Source: Octopus sinensis
Lineage: Eukaryota
NCBI RefSeq assembly: GCF_006345805.1
Contig: NC_042998.1
Coordinates: forward strand, 122,884,001-122,948,000
DNA: 64,000 bases
Reading direction: 5' to 3'
Shown here in pieces: positions 51,121 through 64,000 of this stretch (positions within the stretch are counted from its first letter, which is position 1; each line of letters opens with the position of its first letter). A model generated the notes under the pieces. The model had not been told where the DNA came from. It saw only the letters and a list, made by a program, of their open reading frames with translations, and did not search any database. A program made the translations under genes and the position numbers.

Positions 51121-53443
51121 CATTCTATACAAGATAGTGGGGATATTAGTATTAACATGAATATTAGCTTGTCAAATATATTTTATGGTACAGCGAGGTA
51201 ACGGGAGGGGAGAATGCTGCATCACTATGTCATCGGTTTGAATTTGTAGGAAGACACAGGTCTTGATGACACGAAATTCACAAATCTATATGTTCGTTAA
51301 AGTTCACTCCGAAAGAGATTGTTGACAAATGGACAATAATACTCAAGCTACAGTAAGAAAGTCTTGTCGTTCCACGAGAAAGCAAGCCACTACAGGAGAA
51401 AAGTAAATAGAAAAAAACCCAACAAAAACAAAACAAAACAAAAAAACCAAAACAAAGACAAAAGAAAGCGGGATATATGCCCATTCTGTTAATTTCTGTT
51501 TAGGAAATACTGCTAGTTACAGATTTGAATCAGGTAATCTTTAGTGTGGTAAGTATCAAGGGACAATAAAGTGGGACACAGAAATTATAGTATCTCATCT
51601 TCTAGCACGTGACCACAGTCTCTAAATAGCAGTGCCGTCCATCCCATCGTCGTGCTGCAATGGAGGGGAGAGGGATCCTTGAAAAAAATGGAAACTATAA
51701 GGGAAATTTTTTAAAAGTATCTTTTAAAAAAAGTGGTTTTGCTTCTGATATATTATATTATAGCAAAACCTATGATCTTACGTATTTCTGTCTTTTCTTC
51801 CTCATGGTCACACAGTATTCGTGCATTCATTACACGGCCAGTATATACAGAATAATTTGATAAGCTCTTGCAATACTTATTATTTATTTAGATGATCTGG
51901 ATCATGTATTTATTTATCGTATACTTTTGAATCCCCAGTAATTCCTAACTTCTATTATTTTCACTTTACGACCATGTTATATTTTGTATTGTTTTCCTAT
52001 CTTATTAGTGTCACTCACAAAAACTGGTTATCACATTCGTCTACACTACTACATATCAAACACTAACTATATTTCCAGATAAGTTCTATGAATTTATGAA
52101 TAAATAGCGCTTTAACGGTATTTATTCTGATTGGTTGTTCTATATTATATGTGTTCTATTACTTGCCTTCGTATTCAACATTGTAACTAATTCCGCAATT
52201 CTTCCTTTAATATAGCATGTCTTGTATATATAGCATCTGCTTGTTCTTTTTTTTTTCAGCATCTTTCCGCCCTTCTCTTTCTTCTATTTTATTGTATCAT
52301 TTACTTTTATCTTTTTCATTCAAATTCAGTTACTGTACTGAACGTATAATATTTCTTTTACTAATATAGTTCTTTCGGCCTCTAAGTGCAAAGTCATGTG
52401 TGTATGTTGCATAGAGATGTACTCTGTTTTTCTATTTCATACTAACATCGCTTCGTACGTGCAACCAATTGTGCGTTACTTCTAGCTTTCTTGTATAGCC
52501 ATCAATTTCATGAACTTCGATTTTCGTCTACTGAATGAAAGTTAGAAAATATTTGAAGATTGTTATTGCCCATGTGTTGATTACCTATATTATGTTCGTT
52601 TCATGTAATTTTCTTTCTCGAATCTTCTGACCTGCCTCCATTATTCCGTTCCATCTCTATATCTCATTTACTTCTGTTTCACCTAATCAACTTTCAGCAC
52701 ATTCACATACTTATATCATTGGCATTGCTTTAGCGATCTTATTGCTTTGTTGTTCAGAAGAGTAATTCCCTCATATTTTACCCATTTCCTTTCTTTACTC
52801 GTTCGCCAAAATACATCGCAATGTAGCCGGTGAAATATCTAACAGATTCTATCAAAGACAGAAACTAATCCTCACTTTAGTAGAAAACTTTCAAATCGTC
52901 CATGAAAATGAGATGATCTATTCGTTTATTAGTTATTAGTATGTAGGTATTTTAGTGTGCTCAGTAGTAATATATAAAAGAGTAAAAATCAAAGGAATGA
53001 CAACCAAAAGTTAAGATGATGAATTTTCTTTCAAAATTTTCGTTTCAAATTCTTCTAACGACGTACGCAATATTTATCATCTCACCTCGCCCAACTCTTA
53101 TACTTAACTGGATAAAGTTTTTCTCTTCCTGTTTGCGATATAGAATGTAAATTTGAGCAATCATGTCATATCATTTAGGTGGAGGATATATCGAAAAGAT
53201 TGGTGCACTTCTTGCTTTACAAATTAAAATACAGCTATACACTAAGTCACAATAAGCCTGTAACAGGTTTTATTTGAGGTTTGCAATATCAATTTATTTT
53301 CTTTCAAAACACATCATGCGCCGGAGGTCTCCCGTTAAACCGGACTCACTGCCATCCTTAATTAGCAGTGTTTTAAACACTATTTATTCTGATTGTGTTA
53401 TTTGAGCAACTCGCGCCTACCAAACATGATAAATCCATCAGTC

Positions 53444-53489
53444 AATGATATAATACAGGGTGATAATGATCACCCTGTATTATATCATT
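53444..53489. repeat. Perfect 21-bp-arm hairpin with mariner-type TACAGGGTG ends
   Basis: AATGATATAATACAGGGTGAT-AATG-ATCACCCTGTATTATATCATT. Confidence 0.85.
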
Positions 53490-53729
53490 TTTCTGTTCCT
53501 GGCTATGAAATATTTTGGCAATTGCTTTACAGCAAGTTGTATCGTAGTATAGTTGTGGACAGATTGTAGATAATGCGCGAAAGAAATACAGGAACGAAGG
53601 AGAACGCTATTTCACCTGTGTTCATCTTATTTCTTATTCACTTTTACACACCTATCAAAAATAAACCTTATTTCTATACCCAACACTTAACTAATTATTC
53701 GATAATCCCATATAATATAAATTGTCTCA

Positions 53730-54130
53730 CACAACCCCTCCCGTTGATGATGAAAGTGGAAAATCTGGATTCTTGACGATACCATTGTAGACCCATGGAA
53801 TCTCTTCGCATATGTTCGCCAGAATCCTGATTCAGCTCTTCCCGATATTTCAGTTGTTAGTTTCCTTTATAGTATCAGTTGTTTCCATGCTGTTCTTGAT
53901 GTCTGTATATTTTTTTTGCTATGTAATAGCTTCGTTTCGGAATTCACGTAGATCTTCCGCTGTTTTTTCTATTTTTCTTCTTCCAAATGTTACTCCTGAA
54001 TTCCTCGACTTCAATGATAGCATTGTGACGGTGTTGATGGGCAACTACCTTTTTGCTCAGCTCATCGAAGAACTTTTTGACATTTATTCATGAAAAACTG
54101 GTTCCCCTTTTGGAATCTTCTGATTCTTTA
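53730..54130 (-). pseudogene. Decayed R4/Dong LINE fragment upstream of RT
   Basis: NQFF..NVKKFFDELSKK..EVEEFRSNIW. Confidence 0.5.
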
Positions 54131-54580
54131 TGTCAGTAATTAAATCTGTGGTTTCAGTATTGCTGGATTTGTGTCTGATCCGATTTTTAAAAATTGGGCT
54201 GCTCCGTTCAATGTGGTATATACTTCATGTTTTACGGCTAAGAGAGGTGTTTCGTTTTTCCAAGGTGGATTAAACAAAGTACCAACCAAAATACTAATAT
54301 CGATATAATCGACTTTAACCTCCACTTTAAATTTCTGGCCCTGTGCATATATTACAAGTAATTATTGCTACTATAAGAAACCTCATAATCTTCATAAATT
54401 CTCCTCATTTATTCTACTTACCAACAGTAATTATAAACTTCAAAGGATATATACAGACATAAGAAGGAAATATCACTCCTCTCAACGAACAGATATCAAA
54501 TTAATGCATAGTTTAATGTATAATTTAATTTAATGCGCAGCTAGATCGTGGAAGAACCACAATTGCCATTTATGATCACA

Positions 54581-54640
<60 letters not shown>

Positions 54641-56952
54641 TACACACAATATGCAATATTTGCGTTTAGCATATTTCTTGAGGTGTCAAATTTTTTGTCA
54701 TCTGTCTGCGTCACATTTCCACTGCATTAGAATTACGTCAGTGAAAAAGTCTCAGCAGACACTATGAAACACATAAATAAATAAATGAATGTAATATTGG
54801 CTCTTCAACAACGCAGTTGTTTCAGCCTAAGTGTAATCTCAGACTAAGACACCCTCCAAATAAGTACAAGTATGAAATTCTTTTAACGAATAATTAGATT
54901 ATCGTATATTTTCGCCTTATTAGAACTACTATTAAAATGAACAAAGAAAATATTACCGTAACAACAATCGATCGCATTGGGATTTGAACTGAGAATATAA
55001 ACTTACTCTGTCGTTATTGAAACGAATTCTGACTGATACTCTTCTACTTCTGCCATTCTAAAATAATAACATTAATATTGAATTCTGACATAGACACAAT
55101 GTCCTAATATTTCTATAATTTATTTAGTCTTCTGAAGACACATAGTTGGACTTATATCACTAATAATAATGATAATCAGTTCCCACTTCTAACACCAGCA
55201 ACAAGCCAGAAATTTCAATTATTTAAATTTTGTTTTGTTTTCAAATTTGGTGTACTGATGTAGTTTTGTGTGCTAGTTATGGAAATGGAATTCATTTTTG
55301 CCATAAATAAATATAGGAATAAAAAGTTAATAGCTATTAAAGTTGACAGATTTTTGGGTAATTTTAGTCAATCGAAAATTACCCAGGGACATATTCATGC
55401 CTGCTTCCATAATAACAAGCCAAGGTATAGCTTGTATAAAAATTCAAGCACGTTTATTGTCTTTGCCAGTCTATTTCTTTTGACAAGTGCCTGTCTTAGG
55501 AACGTTTTTACTCCATTTTGCCACTTAAAAAAAAAAACGGAAATTTTCTGTTGCTGTGCTATCTCATTATCATAATTTTGAACTGTGTTTCTTGAGAAAG
55601 GAACGGAGGTTTTCGGTTGATGCCCACAGCGTTGAGTTCGTTAATTCGAGAGAAGGTACTCAAACGCAGTAAGTGGTGGGCGCATAGGCCTGTGTAAAAC
55701 GAGAGATTATACGACACAGTGGGACACACCGTTCTATGGTTGATTCGTATGTGTGCAAGTTTATGTGGTGCAGGAAATAAAAAAAAAACGTAATTTGTTT
55801 GATGAACAAGTGTATCTCAAGTTTTCATCTTTGAATTTTCACTACAAAATATTTATTGTTTACATGAACTGAACTAGTTTTTTTTGCTGTAATTTAACCT
55901 TCTGTTTGGTTTTTCGTAATTTAACGTTCAGCTGCTTGTGTTTTGTAATGTTCCACCAAAAAAGTCATTGAGAATTTTTCCTTTTTATATTGTTTACAAG
56001 CCTGTTCTAACATTTCACGTGATTTTATTCATTGAAACTTATTAAAACTTCCGTCGTTGTAATGTTTTAGCTTAGCCAAAACGTTACGACGACATTATAG
56101 ACAGCTATCACGCACAAACTGAGAGCTTCCAAATCTTGCTTTCTGATTGGGTAAAAATAATCAAATTTGAAACCGCTGTGACATTTTTCTAAACTTTTGT
56201 GAAACAAGTAAATAACAAAATGATATTCAGCATGAAAATTACACCCATATACCAAATTTTTATAATTTTCACAAATTTTCAAAAACTGTGAGGGAGATAC
56301 GAAAGATCCATTAGTGGGGCTAGTTTTTTTTTTAATAAAAAGCAATACTTTGTTGACCTAGCTATGAACGAAAAGAACCAGAATAAATACTATAATGTAT
56401 TTGCATGACGCTCAACCGTTTCTGCTACACCTCATAAAAAATAAACAATTGTACTAATCGATTTGATATTACAGTCAAGGCCTAGAAGAATACAATCAAA
56501 CATCAAACAGGAGGGGCTTTCAAAGACGTTTGGAACAGGGCGGACAGGTTATACCTAGACGCGTGGAGAGGTGAAAAACAGTGTACAAAATATAAATAAT
56601 TAAATTGATTAAATTTTATGAAGCATATATTTACACAGAATAAATAAAAAATACAATAAAGCAATAATTGAAGCGAGTTATTTGAATAAGAATTAAACGT
56701 CTACTTACATTGATAAGCGTATCTTTATTACGGATTTAGTTAATAGCTTGCTTCATGCCTTTATTGTTCACAGCTGGAGATCCCCAAATCGTCCGGTGGG
56801 AACGTTTATGGCTATAGTTGATTTGTGAGAGGTATTTCCTCAGGATCATTTAATTATAATACTTCATAAAGGATTTTGTACAAGGATTTTGTCCTTGTTT
56901 GCTGTTTAAAATGTCACTTTGTTTCCCACCCAAAACGTACTTCTGGAGATTC

Positions 56953-57480
56953 CTTATTCTTTTACTCTTTTACGTGTTTCAGCCATTTGACTGTGGCCAA
57001 GCTGGAGCACCGCCTTTAGTCGAGCCGAAGACTTATTCTTTGTAAGTCTAGTACTTATTCTAACGGTCTCATTTGCAGAACCTAAGTTACGGGGACATAA
57101 ATATACCAGCATCGGTTGTCATGCGATGCTGGGGGGACAAACACAGACGCACACATACGCACACACACACGGACATACACACACACATACACACATATAT
57201 ATATACATATAAGAGGGGCTATATACACGACGGTATATATATGTGTGTGTATATATATATACCTATAAACACACACACACACACATACACACACACACAT
57301 TTATATATATATATATATATATACATATATACGACGGGTTTCTTCCAGTATCCGTCTTCCAAATCCACTCGCAATGCTTTGGTCGGCCCTAGGCTATAAA
57401 AGAAGACACTTGCCCAAGGTGCCACGCAGTGGGACTGAACCCGGAACCATGTGGTTTGTGAGCAAGCTACTTACCACACA
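56953..57480 (-). mobile_element. SINE family A with expanded internal microsatellite
   Basis: Colinear with 12100-12505; internal repeat ~200 bp. Confidence 0.9.
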
Positions 57481-58339
57481 AATGTTTTTACTAGATCTTT
57501 ATTATTCTTGCGATAGACTATGATTATTCAAGTAAGAAACTGCTTTCTCATTACAGAATATTAATGATTCTTTATAAGCTATGAGTTCTTCATCATTGGA
57601 GAGTGTCTCCTCTTGAGATGAAGTTTATCCTGCCTTGAACTTTTATAGCATTCTTCGTTTCTTCTTGTTAAAATTTTTTTTTGTATCAGAAAATCTGCTT
57701 ATCTTCTTCGGCCTCTGAATTATTCTCTTTCTCATTAGTAAATAAGTTGGCACTATTATCTTGGGTACTTCCTGATTGTTAACTAGCTGTTATTGTGACT
57801 GTTAGTTACTTTCTCTTGTGGTAGGGTGGAGCCTGTTTCGGCCACAAAATGTTTCCAGTTTTCGTTCTTTCAACAAAATATTTTATGGCAAGGTGGTTTC
57901 TTCAGTTTGCGAAAGTGCTACATTTTTCATAATTATGTTTTTCAGTATGTTTGAAGGTGCACTGTTGTTTCTGTTACTGATGCTGTTGTTGACAATATTT
58001 CACACTCGGGGAGCTATATTCGACGTTAAAATGTGTTTTCCTTTTCTTCGTGGTTTTATTGTGCTGCAATGAAAATAGTATTCTATTTTGGTTATTTGCT
58101 CCATGGGAAATAGTATCTTGTACATTCCGAATTTAGTTTTTTTGTCGATGTGGCGTGAAATATTCTTAGCCACTGTTTGTAAGTCGGTGACGTGAAAAAA
58201 CTTATTTTGCTCCAAAATAAAACACAGATCCTGTAGTTTATTTGTTTAGCACTGTAAAAGGATAAGTGAATATTCTTTTTCGTTAAAACTTTAAAATGAT
58301 TTTCCCGGTGCACGTTGTAAGCAAGTCTGTTATGAAAAA

Positions 58340-59710
58340 AAGAAAACAAAGGAAGAAAAATATTACAGAAATACAGATTAACAAAATACGATTCACTTGA
58401 GACATAAGGCCAATTAAAACAAGATATCCTCGCCACAGCCCAAAGAAACTATCAGTATTATAAACATCAACGATTCTTTGAATAAAGCAAGCAGCTTAAC
58501 TCCAATCCAAAACAACTCTACCAAGAACTTGATAAAAATAAAACAGAGATCTATGCAGCACCAACAAAAGAAGTGGAAGGATTTTGGAAAGAAGAATGGA
58601 CGGCGAAGGAACTGCTTCAGAAAAGATCAATTAAAGCAACAAACACAGCGCCTGAACAACTCTGGACACCTATAACAACAGACCCAGGCACTACAAAAAC
58701 TAAACAACTAGAAGGCACCAGAGGACAAGACACCCAATTTCTGGCAAAAATAGTGAACAGAGATACATGAGGCTCTGGCGGAAAAGTTGAATGAGATGCT
58801 AATAGATCTAGAGAGGACACCTGAAGGTGTCTAGAGAGGCTCACTGAAGGGTAAACCATCCTAGTTCTCATTCTCACATTACTGGAATAACAAATCCGCA
58901 AAATGAACTAATCAAAGTAGATAGGAGAACAAGAAAAATAATGAGAGAATTCAGAATACACCACCCAAAATCTAACATAGAAAGGTTAGATATATAACAA
59001 ATTCAAGGCGATGAAGGTCTTTTACAATAGGAAAAACTACTATAAAATATATACCATGGGATTAACGAACTATCTCAGAACCCAGGAAAGATGGTACAAA
59101 TATTAACAAAGCATGAGCAAAGCACGAAATTCTTTTCTGTCTTTAAGGAAGCCGAAAACTACAAGAAAGCGGTCATAATACCTGACTGCTTTGAATAAAA
59201 GGAACAAAGAACAAAACCACCTAAAATCTAGGGTAAAACTGAAAATACAAAATATTATGACAAACGATTACAAAAAAAAAAGCCTTTATATGGCAAATAC
59301 TAGAATAAACTCAACAGAAAAGACAAAGTAAAATCCAACAATTGTTCAAGAGACCAAAATTCAAAGTAAAAACTGAAGGATTATTAATTGCAGCACAAGA
59401 TCAAAGCCTGCCCACCAGAAACTACCAAGAGCACAGAATGAAGGAAAACACAAAAAGTAATTGCAAAACATGGGATGATAAAGAAGAAACAATAAATCAT
59501 ATAGTCTCTGGTTACTCAGTCTAGGCTAAGAAGGAATATATCCACAGACATGACGGAGGTGGAATCTATAAATATTGGAAGCTATGCCAGCAACAACAAA
59601 TAAACAGTTATGGAGTGACAACAAGTAAACAGTGGTAATGGTATAACCCAGTAAAGGTCTCAGAAAATGGCAAAGCGACCATAATCTAGGATATGCACAG
59701 ATAGAGAATA
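58340..59710 (+). pseudogene. R4/Dong LINE fragment (RT deleted, decayed CCHC region)
   Basis: HHPKSNIERL; KTEGLLIAAQDQSLPTRNY..C...EETINHIVSG. Confidence 0.85.
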
Positions 59711-59729
59711 GACTCCATAGTCACAGTGG

Positions 59730-61395
59730 TATCTAACGTCACTATGCGAATGAACCCCTAATCGGGACTTCGGCGTAATATTTGGATGAAGATACGGAAC
59801 CACCTGACGTTCACCTGTCGCTTAGTGAGAATCGGGATGTTGGTCCCCTAAACACAGAAATGCGAAGGGAAAAGGCCCAACGTATGGGTTCTAAGACCTC
59901 TACAGTCTTGGTTGACACTCTTACTAGAGATAGTGGCTCGATAAAAATACTGGTTAGTGCCTAACCTTAGAAAACATGCCTCAATATTGAGTGAAAATGC
60001 CTAAGACAAATGTATTAAATAATGGCGTTAATGAGGCTGGAACGAAAGATGAAAGTCTTTCGTCCGGCAGCTGCCCTGTGGTTGAGTAGCACAGGCCAGG
60101 TCGTCATCCAGAGACCGCTTGTACACAAAGCCAGAGGCAGAGAAGAAAGTGGGATAAGGAGAGAAAACGAACGGTAATTTAATGCTCGATCAGGAATGAA
60201 CCAGCTGAAGGGGATTCCAACAACGAATGAAAGCAAAATAGAATGAGATAGGACTCTTTGAAACTAGTGAGCAACGATTAGCCGACCTGGCAAGAGCAAT
60301 AAGAACGAAAGGGTAGTAAACAGACATGGAAATAGAAGAGATAAAAAGTAAAGTAGCAGATAGAAATAATACTTTACCAACTGATAACGTTCCCAGTAAC
60401 AACAGAAAAATGAAGACGTAGAGCAGAGTGTAAATGTAGAGTGTAATAGAGAAGACCAGGATCATACATCCACCAACCTGAGGTACATTGATGGACGCAA
60501 GCTCAAAGTTGAAACCGAAAAGATAGATTCAGTTCTCGGGCTACTTCAGACGAGAAATGTAACTGAAACTAACAAGAGTATTTAGGCTGCAGCTGTGGTT
60601 GCTGCAGATAGAGCTGGATACAAAAGAAAAGAAGAAAAAGGACGTAAAGAACCATACTGGCGTAGACGTATTTCTGAGACATCTTGGAAAAGTTGATAGA
60701 TTGCGAAGAGGGGAAATGCAGAACGAAAGCATAAGAATAATGCTAGAAAGAACATATAGAATAAGAGATGAAGGTTATGATGTGATATTGGAATAATTGA
60801 AACAAAGAGTAGTAACGATTAAAGCAAAACTGGAAAAGTATGACAATAGCAAAAGACAGTTCGGCCGAAACAGACTGTTTGAAGCAAATCAGAAGAAACT
60901 TGATGGGCAAATACACGTAACAATGATATCAGATGCAGAGGAAAGCAAGGCATTCTGTAGAAGAATCTGGATCAAATTGTAGAGCATAATGAAGAAGCAG
61001 TGTAGCTGCATGATATCCAAGGTAGGTTAAGAAATATAGAAGTCCAAGAAGACGTAAAAGATAAGTACAGACATAATATAAAAGCAATTAAGGAAATTCC
61101 CAAATTGGAAGAGCCCAGGACCTGATGGAGTCCAGGGTTATTGAATGAAGAAGCTGCGGAGACTCTATGAAAGGATAGCAAAACGGCTAGATGAGTGCCT
61201 GCAGGAAGACACTGTACCCAGCTGGATCGCAAAGGGAAAGACATTGTTATGTGCCAAGAATCCTGAAAAGGGGAATGAAGCATCCAACTTTAGACCAATT
61301 ACATGCCTTCCGCTAATGTGGAAAATAACGTCAGGTGCTTTGGTCGGTCAACTGTACAGATAATTGGAAAAAAATGGGTTGCTAATCTCTGAACA
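59730..61395 (+). pseudogene. R4/Dong LINE 5' part (N-terminus to RT start), second subfamily
   Basis: TSEQRLADLARAIR; PYWRRRI; LKQRVV..RNRLFEANQKK; PNWKSPGPDGVQG; GKTLL..ASNFRPITCLPLMWK. Confidence 0.88.
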
Positions 61396-61857
61396 GAAAC
61401 TAGATACAATACAACACACAAATAAAAAAGAAAATAAAGAAAGAATACTACACACGAGTTAGATCAATACTGAAAACAGAGCTCAATGCTAAAAACAAGA
61501 TAATAGGTATTAACACTACAGCCGTCCCAGTTATAAGTTACAGCTACAATATCCTTAAAGGGACACTAGATGAACTAACCAAAGTAGAGAGGAAATCAAG
61601 AAAAATAATGACAGGATTTAGGATGCACCACCCAAAATCCGACATAGAAAGGCTGTATATACAACGTAGATGAAAACTATTATAAGGACTGCAAAAATAC
61701 CTACTTCTGAAGCAAGGAAAACTAATACAAATAGTCACAAAACACGAGCAAAACGAAAAAACTGTTTTCAGTATATAAGGAAGCTGGCAAATACAAACAA
61801 GAAGTTATATTACCTAACATATATGAAGAAGAAGAAGAAGAAGAAGAAGAAGAAGAA

Positions 61858-61889
<32 letters not shown>

Positions 61890-62902
61890 GAAGTAGAAGA
61901 AGAAAAGAAGAAGTGGAAGAATAAAAGAAGAAGAAGAAGAAGAAGGAGAAGAAAAAGGAGAAGAAGAAGAAGAAAAAAGAAGAAGAAGAGAAGAAGAAGA
62001 AGAAGAAGAAGAAGAAGAAGAAGAAGAAGAAGAGGAAGAACAACAACATCAACAACAACAAGAAGAAACAAAAGCTATAAAACAATCTAAACTAAAACTA
62101 GAACTGCAACGGACCGTGATAAAACGATGGCAAGAAAAAACCTCTTCATGGCAATTATTGGGCTAAACTAAATGTAAAAGAAATAGAAGCTCAGGACTCA
62201 AAGCAAAGACTGAAAGATTTTTAACTGCAGCATAAGACCAAAGCCTCCCCACCAGAATTTACCAAAAACATATAATGAAAAGAAACATAAGTAACTGCAG
62301 AATATGTGGAGATGGACAAGAAACAATAAGTCATATTATCTGTGGCAGCCCAGTGCTGGCTAAGAAGAAATATATTCTCAGACACGACAGAGTTGGGACC
62401 TACATACATTGGAAGCTATACCAGCACTATGGAATAACAACAGAAAAAAGATGGTATAGGCACACGCCAGAAAAGGTCACAGAAAACGAGAAAGCAACCA
62501 TACTCTGGGATATGCCAATACACACAGAGAAGGCCAATATGCCAGATATAGTTGTCAGATATAGTTTCTCTAAAGGAAATGGAGAATCTTTCAAAATACA
62601 AAGACCTGGAAATAGAGGTAACTCGAATGGGGAATCTAAAAACAGAAACAATTCCTTTCATAGTGGGCGAATTAGGTATGATAAAAAATATTCAGACAAA
62701 TACGTAACAAAAACACAAGGGCTTACAAATATATATACAACATACAGAAAATAGCGCTACTTGGCACTGCACGCAGAACACTTTCAATACGGTAACCATC
62801 AGAGCACCACAGCAAACCACAGCACATACTCAAGCCACACAGAGCTGCGCTTAGTAATGTAGTGAAAGCACGTTATAAAAATAAAACTACCGAATAATAG
62901 TG

Positions 62903-62960
<58 letters not shown>

Positions 62961-63135
62961 TAATAATAATAATAATAATAATAGCTACTTGGCACTGCAC
63001 GCAGAACACTTTCAATACGGTAACCATCAGAGCACCACAGCAAACCACAGCACATACTCAAGCCACACAGAGCTGCGCTTAGTAATGTAGTGAAAGCACG
63101 TTATAAAAAAAAAAAAAAAAAATTAAACTACCGAA
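61396..63135 (+). pseudogene. R4/Dong LINE 3' part (thumb, CCHC, RLE) with (GAA)n expansion and duplicated 3' end
   Basis: KKEYYTRVRSILKTELNAKNK; HHPKSDIERLY; CRICGDGQETISHIICG; RHDRVG; ILWDMPI; PDIVV. The 3' end is repeated at 62755-62895 and 62982-63135, each followed by (TAA)n. Confidence 0.92.
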
Positions 63136-63143
63136 TAATAGTG

Positions 63144-63237
<94 letters not shown>

Positions 63238-63239
<2 letters not shown>

Positions 63240-63793
63240 GCCCTGATGCAGTACCAGGCAGTGGCTCTCATGGCTTCTGATCTTAACTGATTGGAAGTGT
63301 TATCATGTACATTGTTTTGTCTTGGTATAAAAGATGGGCTACAGCAAATATTCTGCTCAATACCACAGATTTGCTTGTCAGTTGTTTGACCTTAACCAGT
63401 TGAGCATGTCCCTTAGTGGCTGACGATATGTGCATCTCTGATCACGAGCAGAAGTAGTGGGGGAGCATCATGGCTATGTGTTGAGAGGGATTCTTTGGAG
63501 TTTGAATGGTTCACCTCTGGAAACATAGGTGTTTCGTTCAACATCCTAAAGCAACCCTTATTCAGGGACCGTTTGAGCAGGATGGGCTACTCAACCTGAA
63601 GAAAATTCTAACTGGGCCCCACCTGCAAGGTCATGTGCTCTTTATCTTGATATGAGATCACCATGTCGCGCACATATGGTTGTGATGCATGTGCCTGGTG
63701 TACCTTTATCAGACGGGTAGTCATGATGGGTATATTGGGCTTCGTATATTTTACCCCAGTGTCACTTTGATGGCATGAACTGCTCTCTCACTC

Positions 63794-63795
<2 letters not shown>
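63238..63795 (+). mobile_element. Unclassified ~555-bp repeat 'X' between (TAA)n tracts
   Basis: Matches 36097-36570 reversed. Confidence 0.8.
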
Positions 63796-63844
<49 letters not shown>

Positions 63845-64000
63845 TAATAATAATAATAATGATACTATATAATGCGGCTGGAGGGGTTCCTAGCTTCTCA
63901 GACCTGTCAGCAGCTGAAGACAGAGAAATTCTAATACAACCCAGCAGGACAACTGAAAAATAACTCTTAAAGACTGGAGTATCTACAATTTCCTGTGAGT

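Noticed and set aside
55270-56365. Possible non-autonomous DNA transposon
   Set aside because: I could not define TIRs or a TSD by eye.
57500-58330. Possible second Naiad-like PLE remnant on the minus strand
   Set aside because: Only faint motif resemblance; too decayed to support.
1-64000. CRISPR array, rRNA or prokaryotic operon
   Set aside because: No repeat-spacer periodicity, rRNA similarity or gene-dense coding sequence; the window is eukaryotic repeat DNA.

Overview
Repeat-saturated, AT-rich animal genomic DNA with no intact host gene. It is most likely an octopus (coleoid cephalopod) intron or intergenic region; this is inferred from the SINE families and the very high density of (TA)n/(CA)n/(TAA)n microsatellites. 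Almost all ORFs in the track are microsatellite artefacts. Supportable content: three tRNA-headed SINE families; decayed non-LTR retrotransposons (CR1-like, RTE, many R4/Dong pieces beside (TAA)n); three Tc1/mariner derivatives; a non-autonomous Helitron; several microsatellite-bounded tandem duplications; and one candidate terminal exon (minus strand, 13643-13846). The most striking structure is a graded series of Penelope-like element (PLE) insertions. The largest is a 2.3-kb 5'-truncated copy (RT C-terminus plus GIY-YIG) bracketed by 156-bp inverted repeats that carry a minimal type I hammerhead ribozyme. At least six much smaller foldback (hairpin plus one-sided tail) elements lie in or beside (TA)n/(CA)n tracts, and several carry hammerhead-like cores. 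Coordinates of decayed elements are approximate, and all structure calls were made by eye.
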